Positions 28,356 to 38,325 are shown, counted from the first letter of the stretch. The stretch is 64,000 nucleotides of DNA from an uncultured Rhabdochlamydiaceae bacterium (GCA_963712275.1 CAVQHD010000001.1:1440001-1504000), one strand, 5' to 3'. The notes: generated from the letters alone by a model not told the origin. Numbers and translations: made by a program.

Positions 28356-29715
28356 TCGGTTCCCTATAAACATCTCGGTAAGGAAGCTGTTCTTCTCCCT
28401 GATCGGGACCATTTTTAATTTTTTTATCGAGAAGCATTAAAAATAAAACGAAAAAGAGTAGGTACATCACGACAAACATGATCAGCGATCCCAAGACCTG
28501 CCCTGCGGAAATCACGGGAGAAAAGGCATCTTGCGTCTTGAGAAGCTTATAAACCGTCCACGGCTGGCGCCCCATGCAGGAGCTAAACCAGCCTGCAATA
28601 TTGGCAATTTGAGGAAATATTGCAGAAAGAACGATATATTTTAAAAAAAGAGGACGCATGGTCCACTGTTTTTTCCACCAGTAATAGCCGCCAATGGCTG
28701 CCGCAAGGGTCATAGCGCCCCACATGATAATCATCAGGTGGTAGACCTGAAAAACAGCTGGAACATACGACCACTGGTCTTTGGGGAACTGATCGAGGCC
28801 AGGCACAGGGGTTTCAAAGTTTCGGTAAGTCATGAAACTGAGCAATCCCGGAAGCGGCAGGCCATACACTTTTTGATTTTTAGAATCGACCCAGCCAAGG
28901 GCATAAGCTGGTGTATAAGGCTCTGTTTTATAGACCCCTTCAAAAGCTGCAAATTTCTCAGGATTATAGCGGGAGACTTTGCGAGCAAGATTGTCTGCAG
29001 AGACAAGTTGGAGAGCTGAGGTGATCATCGCCATCACGAGTCCTACTTTCATACTTTTAATGGCAAATTCCAGGTGCCTATTTTTAAGAAGGTAGTAGGC
29101 TGCTACGCTCATCATTAAAAAAGCTCCTGCCATCCAGGCTCCTAAGAGAACGTGGGTAATATGGCTCATATTCGAAGGGCTAAAAAAGACCTTAGACCAT
29201 TGAACGACTTGAGCGACTTGGGTTCCATCTGGGAGGGTGGTGAGCCGATATCCTGAGGGGGTATGCATCCACGAATTAAAGCTGACGATCCAAATAGCGC
29301 TAAAGTGAGCTCCCAGCGAGACGAAGATGGTGGCGAGGAAGTGGACTTTCGAGCTGACTTTATTCCACCCAAACAAAAGAATGCCTAAAAAACCGGCCTC
29401 GATCAAGAAGGCAAACATCCCTTCAGCCCCGATAATGCTCCCGGAGACATCGCTGACAAAGCGAGAATATCTTGCCCAATTGGTTCCAAGTGAAAACATC
29501 AAAGGAATGCCGGTTGCAACCCCTAAAGCGAAGGTCATCGAGAAGACTTTCAGCCAAAATTTGGTCAATTTTTCCCAAAGGAGATTTTTTGTCTTCAGGT
29601 AGATTCCTTCCATGAGGATGAGTGCAAGGGAAAGGCCAATGCTAAGCGGGGGATAGATGTAGTGAAATGTCAGCGTGAAAGCAAATTGAATCCGTGAGAG
29701 CATTTCAACATCCAT
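28348..29715 (-). CDS. cydA: Cytochrome bd oxidase subunit I
   Basis: SRIQFAFTLTFHYIYPP, FALGVATG, NSWMHTP, PEKFAAFEG, GRQPW. Confidence 0.95.
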   Translation of the reverse strand: MDVEMLSRIQFAFTLTFHYIYPPLSIGLSLALILMEGIYLKTKNLLWEKLTKFWLKVFSMTFALGVATGIPLMFSLGTNWARYSRFVSDVSGSIIGAEGMFAFLIEAGFLGILLFGWNKVSSKVHFLATIFVSLGAHFSAIWIVSFNSWMHTPSGYRLTTLPDGTQVAQVVQWSKVFFSPSNMSHITHVLLGAWMAGAFLMMSVAAYYLLKNRHLEFAIKSMKVGLVMAMITSALQLVSADNLARKVSRYNPEKFAAFEGVYKTEPYTPAYALGWVDSKNQKVYGLPLPGLLSFMTYRNFETPVPGLDQFPKDQWSYVPAVFQVYHLMIIMWGAMTLAAAIGGYYWWKKQWTMRPLFLKYIVLSAIFPQIANIAGWFSSCMGRQPWTVYKLLKTQDAFSPVISAGQVLGSLIMFVVMYLLFFVLFLMLLDKKIKNGPDQGEEQLPYRDVYREPNV

Positions 29716-29734
29716 GCTCACTAACTCTACAGAA

Positions 29735-30484
29735 CTAAAGTTTTTTGTTCAATTCCGCAAGTTTGAGATACTTGTAGTACGTGGTCTGAGCGTTATAGAG
29801 CGAAAGGATGATTCCTTCGCGTCCTCCAAAAATCCCTCGCTTGAGAAAGTAGTTTTTGAAGAAAGCCACCGCAGAATGAAAAAGCGCGCGCGCAAGGGAC
29901 GCCCGTTTTTTTCCTTGATGCTGAAGAGCAAAAAGAGATGAATAGGCGTGCATTTTCTCTAAGAAATCGGCAATCGATCGGTAGGGGACGTGTTTGAGGG
30001 TGTTACGCAAGCAGACCGTACGTAGCCCCTCCGACATCACTTTTTCATGCACAGCATCATTTGAGAACTGAGTCCTCTTCCGATGATACAGGCGGACGAC
30101 CCAGTCTGGATGCCATCCGGCACAGAAGTTGATTTTCCTTCCGTTAAAGTAATTATCCCGCAAGATTGCATAGACACACTGGCTATCTAAGTCAATGGCG
30201 TGGAGTTCTTCGATGAGGGCGAGAGAAAGGACCTCATCGCTGTCGATCGATAGGATCCAATCATAAGAAGCAAGGGCCGCTGCATAGTTATGACTTTCTC
30301 CAAAGCCTTTCAGAGGAGCTTTATGAACCACAACATTATCAAATTGAGCGGCAAGGGCTAGCGTCTCGTCTACCGACCCCGTATCGAGCACGATCACCTC
30401 TGGGAAGGTCTTCAATGAGGTTAGTGTCGCAGCAAGGGTTGCTGCCGAGTTTTTCGTTAAAACATGGACAGAGATCGGTGCCAT
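29735..30484 (-). CDS. Family 2 glycosyltransferase (KdtX/WaaE-like, LPS core)
   Basis: DTGSVDET, WILSIDSDE, VHEKV, FFKNYFLKRG. Confidence 0.9.
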   Translation of the reverse strand: MAPISVHVLTKNSAATLAATLTSLKTFPEVIVLDTGSVDETLALAAQFDNVVVHKAPLKGFGESHNYAAALASYDWILSIDSDEVLSLALIEELHAIDLDSQCVYAILRDNYFNGRKINFCAGWHPDWVVRLYHRKRTQFSNDAVHEKVMSEGLRTVCLRNTLKHVPYRSIADFLEKMHAYSSLFALQHQGKKRASLARALFHSAVAFFKNYFLKRGIFGGREGIILSLYNAQTTYYKYLKLAELNKKL

Positions 30485-30519
30485 ACCAGGCAGTTTACCT
30501 CATTCACTGGATTAAGAAA

Positions 30520-30690
30520 AGTTTGAAACCTCTGTTGATTCAGACTTATTTCCATTTTTTCACTACGGAGACACGGAGAGAGGTGAGATGGCACAGAGTA
30601 AAAAAATCTTTACTCTGTGCCATCTCACCTCTCTCCGTGTCTCCGTAGTGAAAAAATGGAAATAAACACGAGTGAGCAAAAGTTTCAAAT
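30520..30690. repeat. Hairpin element copy 2: 57-bp perfect arms plus diverged outer arms
   Basis: Arms 30546-30602 and 30609-30665, core CTACGGAGACACGGAG/CTCCGTGTCTCCGTAG. Confidence 0.95.
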
Positions 30691-30770
30691 ATTTGTCCTA
30701 GTTTCCTATGCTCTAGACATAGAAGACTTCTTTATTCAAACTCTGGGTCTGCGTATAATATGATCGTAAG

Positions 30771-32039
30771 ATGTCATGGAAATCGTTTAAAGAAGAGGCA
30801 GAGAGGCTGACGGGAGGCCAAAAGCTTTTCATCCTTTGCGCCATGGTCTGTGGCTTTTGCATCACAGCTGACTATGGGATCGTCCGTCCTGTCAGCCATA
30901 GTGTTTTTCTTTCGAGATATGGCAGTCAATTTTTTCCTTACGTATGGCTTGCAATTGTTCCGTTTAATTTTTTGGTTATTGAGTTCTACAACCGATTTTT
31001 ACCTAAAATCGGAATTAAAAAAATGTTTTATGTTATTTTAGGGTCGATTATAACGGGTAACTGCTGCGCCGCTTTCTTCATGGATAAAGTCCCTTTTTTC
31101 CCTTTCATTTTTTATATTTGGAAGGAGATCTATGTGATGCTTCTATTTCAACAGCTTTGGTCAGTGGTTCACTCCACAATTCGAATGGAACAGGCAAAAC
31201 TTCTCTATGGTCTTTTATTTGCTTTTGGGGGAATCGGCGGAATTGTTGGGAGTATCCTTCCAGGTTATTTTGCTGTTCAGGTAGGCTCGACGAACCTCCT
31301 TGTGGGAAGCCTTCCTTTACTTTTTATTTTAGGCGTGAGTTTTTATTTTCTTTTAAAACAGAGCCTACTTGAAAAAGCCTCTTTAGAAAAGCCTCAGATC
31401 ACGAATTTTTGGCAAGGGGTCGTAGCGATTCGAAATTCAAAGTACCTCCTCTTCATTCTTGCCATTGTCGTTCTCATGCAAATGACGACAACAATTATTT
31501 ATTATCAGTTTAATATCTCCTTAGAGCACTCGATCCTAGAACAAGATCTTCGGACCCAATTTTGCGGTCGTGTTCTTGGAATTGCCAATATTTTAACGGT
31601 GGTGCTCCAGCTCTTTGGCTCATTTCTCTTTGTGCAGTTTTTGGGTCTAAAACGGAGCCACCTTGCAATGCCGCTTATGCTAGCGATGAATGCACTCGGG
31701 TCTTTGGTGTTTCCCAGTTTTACAATGATTTCAGCGGCCTTCATTACGATTAAGGCCTTTGATTTTTCTCTTTTTGGGGTGCTAAAAGAGATGCTTTATA
31801 TCCCTTTGAAGCGAGAAGAAAAATTTCAAGCCAAAGCAATCATTGATGTTTTTGCCTACCGCAGCTCAAAGGCGGTTGCCTCATGCTTGATCTTAGTCCT
31901 GCAAATAGCAGGCTTCTCTCAGATGGTGACGACCCTCTCTTGGAGCAGCCTTATCCTTCTAATCACCTGGTCTTGGATTGTGTATCAAATGTTCCAGCTC
32001 AAAACATCACCCGAGCTATCAAATTCCATAGAAAAATAA
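30771..32039 (+). CDS. NTT/TLC-family (ATP/ADP translocase-like) nucleotide transporter
   Basis: Multi-pass membrane protein with YGIVRPV and KEMLYIPL...K.QAKAIIDVFAYR motifs. Confidence 0.85.
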   Translation: MSWKSFKEEAERLTGGQKLFILCAMVCGFCITADYGIVRPVSHSVFLSRYGSQFFPYVWLAIVPFNFLVIEFYNRFLPKIGIKKMFYVILGSIITGNCCAAFFMDKVPFFPFIFYIWKEIYVMLLFQQLWSVVHSTIRMEQAKLLYGLLFAFGGIGGIVGSILPGYFAVQVGSTNLLVGSLPLLFILGVSFYFLLKQSLLEKASLEKPQITNFWQGVVAIRNSKYLLFILAIVVLMQMTTTIIYYQFNISLEHSILEQDLRTQFCGRVLGIANILTVVLQLFGSFLFVQFLGLKRSHLAMPLMLAMNALGSLVFPSFTMISAAFITIKAFDFSLFGVLKEMLYIPLKREEKFQAKAIIDVFAYRSSKAVASCLILVLQIAGFSQMVTTLSWSSLILLITWSWIVYQMFQLKTSPELSNSIEK

Positions 32040-32063
32040 CTCTTTCGTGTATAGAAAGAGAAC

Positions 32064-33743
32064 ATGGGCAATGCAAAAGAGCCGTGGACCATTTTGTTCG
32101 ATTCTCTCCAGAACAAGGGGACGGCGTTTACAGATCAAGAAAGGGACCGTTTTCAGCTGCATGGAAGGCTTCCCTTTCATGTGTCGACTTTGGAAGAACA
32201 GGTACAGAGGCGGTACTCTAATTTTAAAGCGCAATCAACAGACCTTGCCAAACACCTTTTTTTATCAGCTCTACGCCACCGAAATGAAGTCCTTTTCTAC
32301 AAACTGGTTTCAGAACACACGACAGAAATGCTCCCTTTTCTCTACACGCCAACGGTGGGAGATATGTCGCTGCACTTTAGCTACTTGTATACCGAGCCTC
32401 GCGGCCTCTATTTGTCGTATCCTCTTCGGGATAAGTTAGAGCAAATTTTCCTCAGTTTCAAGAAGGGGGATGTCGATGTGATTGTGGTCACAGATGGACA
32501 GAGGATTTTAGGGCTTGGGGATCTAGGAGTCGGAGGGATGGCGATTCCTGTTGGAAAACTCACCCTCTATACTTTGTTTGGGGGTATTCACCCTGCCAGG
32601 GTGCTTCCTATTTTGCTCGATGTGGGAACAGATAATCCAAGGCTCCTGAGTGATCCGCTTTACCTGGGCTGGCGAGAGCCTCGCATTCAAGGGCAGGAGT
32701 ACGACCATTTTATCGAGCAGTTTGTGCAGCAAGTTCAGCGTCATTTTCCAAAGGTTCTTCTTCAATGGGAAGATTTTGGGGGTCTGCATGCCAGGAACCT
32801 TCTCGATCGATATCGAAATACAATTTGCAGCTTTAATGACGACATTCAAGGAACCGCAGCAGTGGTTTTGGCAGCGCTTCTTGTTGCAGTGAAACTGAGT
32901 CATAGCAAGCTTCATGAGGAGCGAATCGTTATTTTTGGAGGAGGATCGGCGGGAATTGGGATTGCTCACCATCTGGTGGGGGCAATGGAAGAGGCGGGCA
33001 TTCCAAAAGATCAGGCTCTTCGGTCTCTTTATATCGTTGACGTTAGTGGCGTTGTGCATACAGCTCTTCCAGAAATTCCTCCTCATCAAAGACCTTTTGC
33101 TCGGACGGCCGGTGAAGTTAAAAAGTGGAATGTTAGCAACCTCAATCATGTCACTTTGGTCGACCTTGTCAAGGCGGTTCATCCGACGGTTTTAATTGGC
33201 GTCTCTGCGCAAAGTAGTGCTTTTACAGAAGAGATCATCACGACGATGACTCGCTATACAGAGCGGCCGATTATTTTTCCACTTTCGAACCCTACGTCGA
33301 AGTGCGAGGCTCACCCCTCGGATATTTTAACTTGGACAAAGGGGAAAGCAATTATCGCGACCGGCAGCCCCTTTCCCGAGGTTTCTTACGAAGGGCAAGC
33401 GGTTTCTATTGCGCAATGCAACAATGTCTATATTTACCCAGGAGTTGGCCTTGGCGTGGTTGCTTGCAAAGCAAAATCTGTTTCGGAGAGGATGTTTTAT
33501 AAGGCTGCAGAAATTTTAAGCTCCCATTCCCCCATCTTAAAAATGCCCGCAGGGACGTTATTTCCTTCTTTTGAAAAATTACGTGAGATTTCTAAAGAAA
33601 TTGCGCTTGGAGTAATTGAGGTTGCGCAAGATGAAGGGCTCTCTCCAAAGACAGATCAGGCCGCACGTAAAGAGATGGTTGAAAGGCAGATGTGGACTCC
33701 TAAATATGAGAAAGGGCTTTTTCATACTGAGGCTCGTGAGTGA
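32064..33743 (+). CDS. maeA: NAD-dependent malic enzyme
   Basis: NKGTAF, YTPTVG, TDGQRILGLGDLG, QWEDF, FNDDIQGT, LSNPT, ATGSPF. Confidence 0.95.
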   Translation: MGNAKEPWTILFDSLQNKGTAFTDQERDRFQLHGRLPFHVSTLEEQVQRRYSNFKAQSTDLAKHLFLSALRHRNEVLFYKLVSEHTTEMLPFLYTPTVGDMSLHFSYLYTEPRGLYLSYPLRDKLEQIFLSFKKGDVDVIVVTDGQRILGLGDLGVGGMAIPVGKLTLYTLFGGIHPARVLPILLDVGTDNPRLLSDPLYLGWREPRIQGQEYDHFIEQFVQQVQRHFPKVLLQWEDFGGLHARNLLDRYRNTICSFNDDIQGTAAVVLAALLVAVKLSHSKLHEERIVIFGGGSAGIGIAHHLVGAMEEAGIPKDQALRSLYIVDVSGVVHTALPEIPPHQRPFARTAGEVKKWNVSNLNHVTLVDLVKAVHPTVLIGVSAQSSAFTEEIITTMTRYTERPIIFPLSNPTSKCEAHPSDILTWTKGKAIIATGSPFPEVSYEGQAVSIAQCNNVYIYPGVGLGVVACKAKSVSERMFYKAAEILSSHSPILKMPAGTLFPSFEKLREISKEIALGVIEVAQDEGLSPKTDQAARKEMVERQMWTPKYEKGLFHTEARE

Positions 33744-34203
33744 TTTCGCTGACGAGCTCGTGATAAAGGACCCGATTTTGTTCGTCTAATACAAAAACCG
33801 CCCTTGCACAGAGCCCTGCAAGAGGCCCATCGGCCATCCGAGCCCCAAACTGCTCTGCAACTTGAGGAGATTGAAATAACGAAAGAGCGATGATATGTCC
33901 ATAATGAGTTTTGTCATTTAAGCAAATCCGTTGCAAGGCAAAAGGAAGATCCATCGAGCAATAGATCACGACAACATTAGAAATGTTTTGAATTTTTTGG
34001 TTAAACTTTTGAGCTGACGTAGAACAGACAGAAGTGTCCAAGCTGGGGACAAAGCAAACAATTTTTTTCTTTCCATTGAATTCAGCAAGCGATCTTTTCT
34101 TCAGTTCTCCATCGACTCCCATAAGATTAGGGGAGAAAAAACCAATTGTGGGCAGCGATCCCGTCACTTGAATGGGTGATCCCTTTAAAGCGGTCTTTGA
34201 CAT
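33700..34203 (-). CDS. tpx: Thiol peroxidase
   Basis: PSLDTSVC, SMDLPFA..RIC, GPLAGLCARAV, EITHEP. Confidence 0.95.
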   Translation of the reverse strand: MSKTALKGSPIQVTGSLPTIGFFSPNLMGVDGELKKRSLAEFNGKKKIVCFVPSLDTSVCSTSAQKFNQKIQNISNVVVIYCSMDLPFALQRICLNDKTHYGHIIALSLFQSPQVAEQFGARMADGPLAGLCARAVFVLDEQNRVLYHELVSEITHEPQYEKALSHI

Positions 34204-34262
34204 TTTAGGCTCCTTATGAAGCGGTAGTATAAATAATTTGACCTGTTAATTCAACTAAAATG

Positions 34263-34359
34263 CCATTTCTTCACCACGGAGGCCGGGGAAGGGGGCAATA
34301 TTACCCCATCTCCGTGGTGAAGAAATGGAAATAAGCCTGAGTGAGCAAAAGTTTCAAAC
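34263..34359. repeat. Hairpin element copy 3, internally shortened
   Basis: CCATTTCTTCACCACGGAG (34263-34281) pairs with CTCCGTGGTGAAGAAATGG (34310-34328). The tail AAATAA...GAGTGAGCAAAAGTTTCAAA is shared with copy 2. Confidence 0.85.
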
Positions 34360-34413
34360 AGACGCTAAAAATTCCTTGAAAGAAAGTAAAAGTTATGTAA
34401 AACTCACTCCGAA

Positions 34414-34893
34414 ATGAAAAAACAGGATGTTTCAAAAACTGCTCGGGCCTCTTTGAGTGAACAAAAATGCGAAGAGGCAAAAGCCCTTTCCCCCTTGATG
34501 GCTCGAATTCGGATTCCTACGAAACGCCCTTCTTCCACTCCGCCTTTAACCAATAAAAAATCACCTTTGCAAGCCACTAAAAAAGGGTCTTCTGAAGTTG
34601 CCTGCACAGACATCGTTTCTTCCCATCTTCCCAATCACCCTGAATCGAGCGGGAATCCTATCTCAAAGCGAGTTCATCGCTGGCACTCTAAAAAAACAGC
34701 CACCGTCTTAAAAAAGATAGGAGAGGCTCATGAGGCAAAAGATCGGAAACTAGGAGAAAAAATCTCTATTGTCTCTGAGACAACCCCTGAGCAGCAGCTT
34801 CAGAGTGAGCAAGACGAGCTTTGGCGCGACATGATGAAGCCTCATGAAGAGAGGAACTTTCAAATTAGCCGCATTACAAACTTTTTTTCCTAG
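34414..34893 (+). CDS. Hypothetical basic, Ser/Lys-rich protein
   Basis: 159-aa ORF filling the gap. No family recognised. Confidence 0.55.
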   Translation: MKKQDVSKTARASLSEQKCEEAKALSPLMARIRIPTKRPSSTPPLTNKKSPLQATKKGSSEVACTDIVSSHLPNHPESSGNPISKRVHRWHSKKTATVLKKIGEAHEAKDRKLGEKISIVSETTPEQQLQSEQDELWRDMMKPHEERNFQISRITNFFS

Positions 34894-34982
34894 AAACCGA
34901 CCAATTTAAGGTACTTGCGAGAATAGTCGCGACTAATTTAAGATGGTGCTTAAGATGGTCGGATTTGTGCGGAGGTTCCTAA

Positions 34983-35313
34983 ATGAGAAGACTTTATGAG
35001 TTGGTTCTCGAGCAGCATTTAAAAGAAGACAGACAGAGGATTTGGGGAATTTGGGCTTCATTTTTTGCGAGATAAGGAAAAGCGGGAAGTCGATTTTTTA
35101 GTTTCAAAAAATAAAAAACCTTGGTTTATCGTAGAGGTTAAAAGCACAAAAGAAAAAGCACTGTCTAAATCTCTCTTTTACTATCAAGAAGCCACGCAAG
35201 CTTCTCATGCCTTTCAAGTTGTTTTTGATATGGATTATATTGAAGGCAATTGTTTTGCTTCGAATGAGCCTATTGTCGTTCCAGCTAAAACATTTCTATC
35301 TCAGTTGATTTAG
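34983..35313 (+). pseudogene. AAA+ ATPase/DUF4143 family gene with large internal deletion
   Basis: RBS GGAGG and ATG 34983 give MRRLYELVLEQHLKEDRQ, joined out of frame to GFGEFGLHFLRDKEKREVDFLV...VEVK. No Walker A motif. Confidence 0.75.
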
Positions 35314-35326
35314 GGCCCGTCGCGGG

Positions 35327-36067
35327 TTAAAAGTTATTCATCGATGGGCGCTTAATTGCCACTCCTGAATACCCCATCTTAAGGGACGCATGGAACTGAA
35401 ACTCCAAGTCGCCTGGCACAACTCGAGTCAAAACCATTTTCCAGGTGGGCCACTTACTCCATCTAAGGCCCACGCCATTCATGGTTTGAACCTGCATCTC
35501 ATAGGTCTTGCACCACTTTGTGAGCTCTTCAGGACGAATAAATAGATCGTAGACATGCATGTTAGGCGGCGCATTTTTAACGCACCATTCGACACCTTTA
35601 ATGACAAAAAGCCAGCTTAAGGCTGTTCGGTTAAACGTATGAAAAAAGAAAAGGCCTCCTGGTTTTAATAGCCGCGCTGCTTCTTGGATCACATTTTGAG
35701 GTTTCTCGACGTGCTCTAGAAGGTCCATTGCACATACAGCATCAAATATTGAGGCGGGGAGGGGAATGGTCATGGCATCTGCTTCTAAATAATGCACCTT
35801 CTTCGACGTGTCAAATTTACGGGCTACGTCTAGGGTAGAAGAGGATTGATCGACACCGGTGACGTCATGACCTAAGGCAGATAGCATATTCGTCAGTAAG
35901 CCTGCCCCACATCCTAGATCGACCACTTTAGATCTTGGAGTAAGATGGCCTGCAATCCATGGGTTTCGAAGGCGGTTTTCTGCTCGCAAAAGAGCAATAG
36001 GGTGGCTCATCGCAAGATACCAGTCCTCTCCTAAAGAGTGATAAAAATCATTGTTGATAGTTTTCAT
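35327..36067 (-). CDS. UbiG-like SAM-dependent O-methyltransferase
   Basis: VVDLGCGAG, FDAVCAMDLLEHV, LKPGGLFFFHTFNR, FIRPEEL. Confidence 0.9.
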   Translation of the reverse strand: MKTINNDFYHSLGEDWYLAMSHPIALLRAENRLRNPWIAGHLTPRSKVVDLGCGAGLLTNMLSALGHDVTGVDQSSSTLDVARKFDTSKKVHYLEADAMTIPLPASIFDAVCAMDLLEHVEKPQNVIQEAARLLKPGGLFFFHTFNRTALSWLFVIKGVEWCVKNAPPNMHVYDLFIRPEELTKWCKTYEMQVQTMNGVGLRWSKWPTWKMVLTRVVPGDLEFQFHASLKMGYSGVAIKRPSMNNF

Positions 36068-36533
36068 GAATAAAGTTCCAATAAATTACTTGGTAGAGAA
36101 AAAAACCGATTGCTCCAATCAACTGAGAAAGGACTAAAAATTGCAAAGCGTTAAGTGAGGGGAGAAAAGCAAAAAATTGATGGCCGTGAAGGTGAGGCCA
36201 GATAAGACCTAAACACCCTAAAACAATCGAGTGGTTGACAAAGAGAATTGCGTGAAGCCACTGTTCCGCTGCAGGGCAGTGGTCTTTATGGATAAACTCA
36301 TCCTTTGTGACAAAGAGGGATGAAAAAAGGGCAAGGGCAATATACCACCCGATCATCGAGTGCTCAAAAGGGACAAGCCATGCAAATCCCAAGCAGGCAA
36401 TGACGGTCAGCGTATCTAAAGGGTGGCCTATTCGTTCCCACCTAGGAAGGTCTCGCTTCCTATGAAAAAGCGCTTCGTCTAAGACAATGACGATCATTTG
36501 CAGAAAGAAGGGAATAAAAATCACCGTTTGCAT
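36048..36533 (-). CDS. His-rich small integral membrane protein of the type III PKS operon
   Basis: DEALFHRKR, ERIGHPLD, KDEFIH, EQWLHAILFVNH. About 5 hydrophobic segments, overlaps both neighbours. Confidence 0.75.
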   Translation of the reverse strand: MQTVIFIPFFLQMIVIVLDEALFHRKRDLPRWERIGHPLDTLTVIACLGFAWLVPFEHSMIGWYIALALFSSLFVTKDEFIHKDHCPAAEQWLHAILFVNHSIVLGCLGLIWPHLHGHQFFAFLPSLNALQFLVLSQLIGAIGFFLYQVIYWNFIHENYQQ

Positions 36534-37609
36534 TGAAAAACCGCTCCCGCCAGTGTCAGCCCAGGTCCGTAAGCCAAGCTGACAATCATGGAATTTTGTT
36601 TGACCAAGGGATCATCCCACATGGAGGCCCAAATATGTGGGAGCGTTGCTGAAGACATATTTCCAAATCGGTTGAATACAGCCGCTGTGTGAGACCATTG
36701 CCACGGCTCTAATTGAAGGATGCCAGCCACTTGTTCAATGATTTTAGACCCCCCAGGATGAATCGCAAAATAAACCCTACTTTTCTCTGCCACTCCACCT
36801 TTACGCAAAAGCTTGCTTACAAAGGAGGGAAGCGCCTTCACAATTAAGGCAGGAACTTGGATAGAAAGAGTCATTTTCATCCCCCAATCATCGCACGACC
36901 ATGACATCACATCGATAGAATCGCTCACAAGCTCTTCTTGGGTAGCCAGGAGTTCAAATCCTGGGCTCCCTTCTCCAGAAATAGAGTACTTGATAAAACC
37001 ATCTGCAAATAGAGACTGAACGACAAGCTGCTCTAGAGAGTGCAAAGAAGGATTAAAATGGAGGCTGCACACCTCTGTATGGACAATGTCAACAGATTCC
37101 CTTACCCCATTTGGAGCCATTCTGAGAGCAGGAATAGCAGCATAACACCCCATGTGGTAGGCATGGGTAACAATTGTCCTTTGCCCAGCTCCTCGTAAAG
37201 AGACGAGCTTTTGCGCTGGACTTGGGGCCACATATCCGGTACATGTCACATGGATCAAGTGGGAGGGCAGGGGAGAGGCCTGGGGATAAAACCGAGCTAA
37301 AATCCCCGTGGCAATTCTGTCAAATACCGCCGTCCGTACCCCAAAGCCAGCCCCCGCCTGATGGGTCGCAGCCGAATAGACCTCCATTTCGTCCCAATTT
37401 TCATGCAAACAATCTTTAAGGGAAACCCCTCTCTGGCTCATCTTCCCTCGCCCCAGCCCAATCTTTTTCAGCAGCCTTAACATAGAAGCTCCCACAGACT
37501 TATCTTGAGCAGAAACTCCATGAGCTGCCGCTACCCATTCAAGGGTTTTCTCTTGATCCAGCTCATACTCAGGGCGAATGACATGAAATTGAGAAAGAGT
37601 GATTGTCAT
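36521..37609 (-). CDS. Type III polyketide synthase (chalcone/stilbene synthase superfamily)
   Basis: HVTCTG, MGCYA (Cys), EVCSLH, LFADG, IHPGG (His), GNMSSAT (Asn), AYGPGLT. Confidence 0.92.
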   Translation of the reverse strand: MTITLSQFHVIRPEYELDQEKTLEWVAAAHGVSAQDKSVGASMLRLLKKIGLGRGKMSQRGVSLKDCLHENWDEMEVYSAATHQAGAGFGVRTAVFDRIATGILARFYPQASPLPSHLIHVTCTGYVAPSPAQKLVSLRGAGQRTIVTHAYHMGCYAAIPALRMAPNGVRESVDIVHTEVCSLHFNPSLHSLEQLVVQSLFADGFIKYSISGEGSPGFELLATQEELVSDSIDVMSWSCDDWGMKMTLSIQVPALIVKALPSFVSKLLRKGGVAEKSRVYFAIHPGGSKIIEQVAGILQLEPWQWSHTAAVFNRFGNMSSATLPHIWASMWDDPLVKQNSMIVSLAYGPGLTLAGAVFQCKR

Positions 37610-37833
37610 ACCGACCTACTTTAACGATTTTTTTGAATTTAGTCCAAGGGTAGATCATAACATCCTTGTATATCAATTGCTTAGGGAAACCATGAAATAC
37701 ACCTGCTATTAGTTGTTTATTATCAGATAGTCGAGTCTATATTAATAGTTTAAAAAACTATTACAAAATAAATAATTTATAAGATATAATAAAATTATCA
37801 TTTAAATAAAACTATATAAAAAAGGCAAAAATT

Positions 37834-38325
37834 ATGAGTACGGGTGCGGTTCGTAATACTGGATATAGACAAATCGATCCTAATCAGTGGACAGGGGTTA
37901 ATGGAAGGCTTTGGCGTTGGTTTATAGGTAGAGCTTCCCAATTTGCAAGAGTCTTTATCAATTTGGGAGCTGCTTTTCTCCAGGGCTTAAAATGCATTGG
38001 TAAAGCGGGCGTAATAGTACTTTCTGGTATGGCTTATGAATTCAAAGGAGATTTTTCAACTCGGGCACTTGGTATTGATGGCATTGCTCTTTTGGCTTTA
38101 GTAAAAATAGCCGCTAAATGTGCAAAGAAAACCCTTGTTGCTCCAAGTTCAAAAGACGATGACTTTTTTGATGGAGTAAAAGAAACTGCTGAAATCCTTA
38201 GTGGAGACCTGCAATGTTATCGCGATGTTTGTAAAGCTTCTAGTAGAAAGATAGTGTTTAGAGAAGAAAAATATACCTTATCTGAAATATTTAATATTGT
38301 TCTTTATAATAGGCATGGGGAATAA
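37834..38325 (+). CDS. Tandem-array paralog 1 (unknown small protein)
   Basis: QWTGVNGRLWRW motif. C-terminal half homologous to paralog 4. Confidence 0.75.
   Translation: MSTGAVRNTGYRQIDPNQWTGVNGRLWRWFIGRASQFARVFINLGAAFLQGLKCIGKAGVIVLSGMAYEFKGDFSTRALGIDGIALLALVKIAAKCAKKTLVAPSSKDDDFFDGVKETAEILSGDLQCYRDVCKASSRKIVFREEKYTLSEIFNIVLYNRHGE

Noticed and set aside
32523..33182. 219-aa antisense ORF within the malic enzyme gene
   Set aside because: It is fully nested on the opposite strand of a conserved gene and has no motifs.
35327..36067. Naming the methyltransferase ubiG
   Set aside because: It is coupled to a type III PKS and has no ubi genes nearby, so the symbol was withheld.
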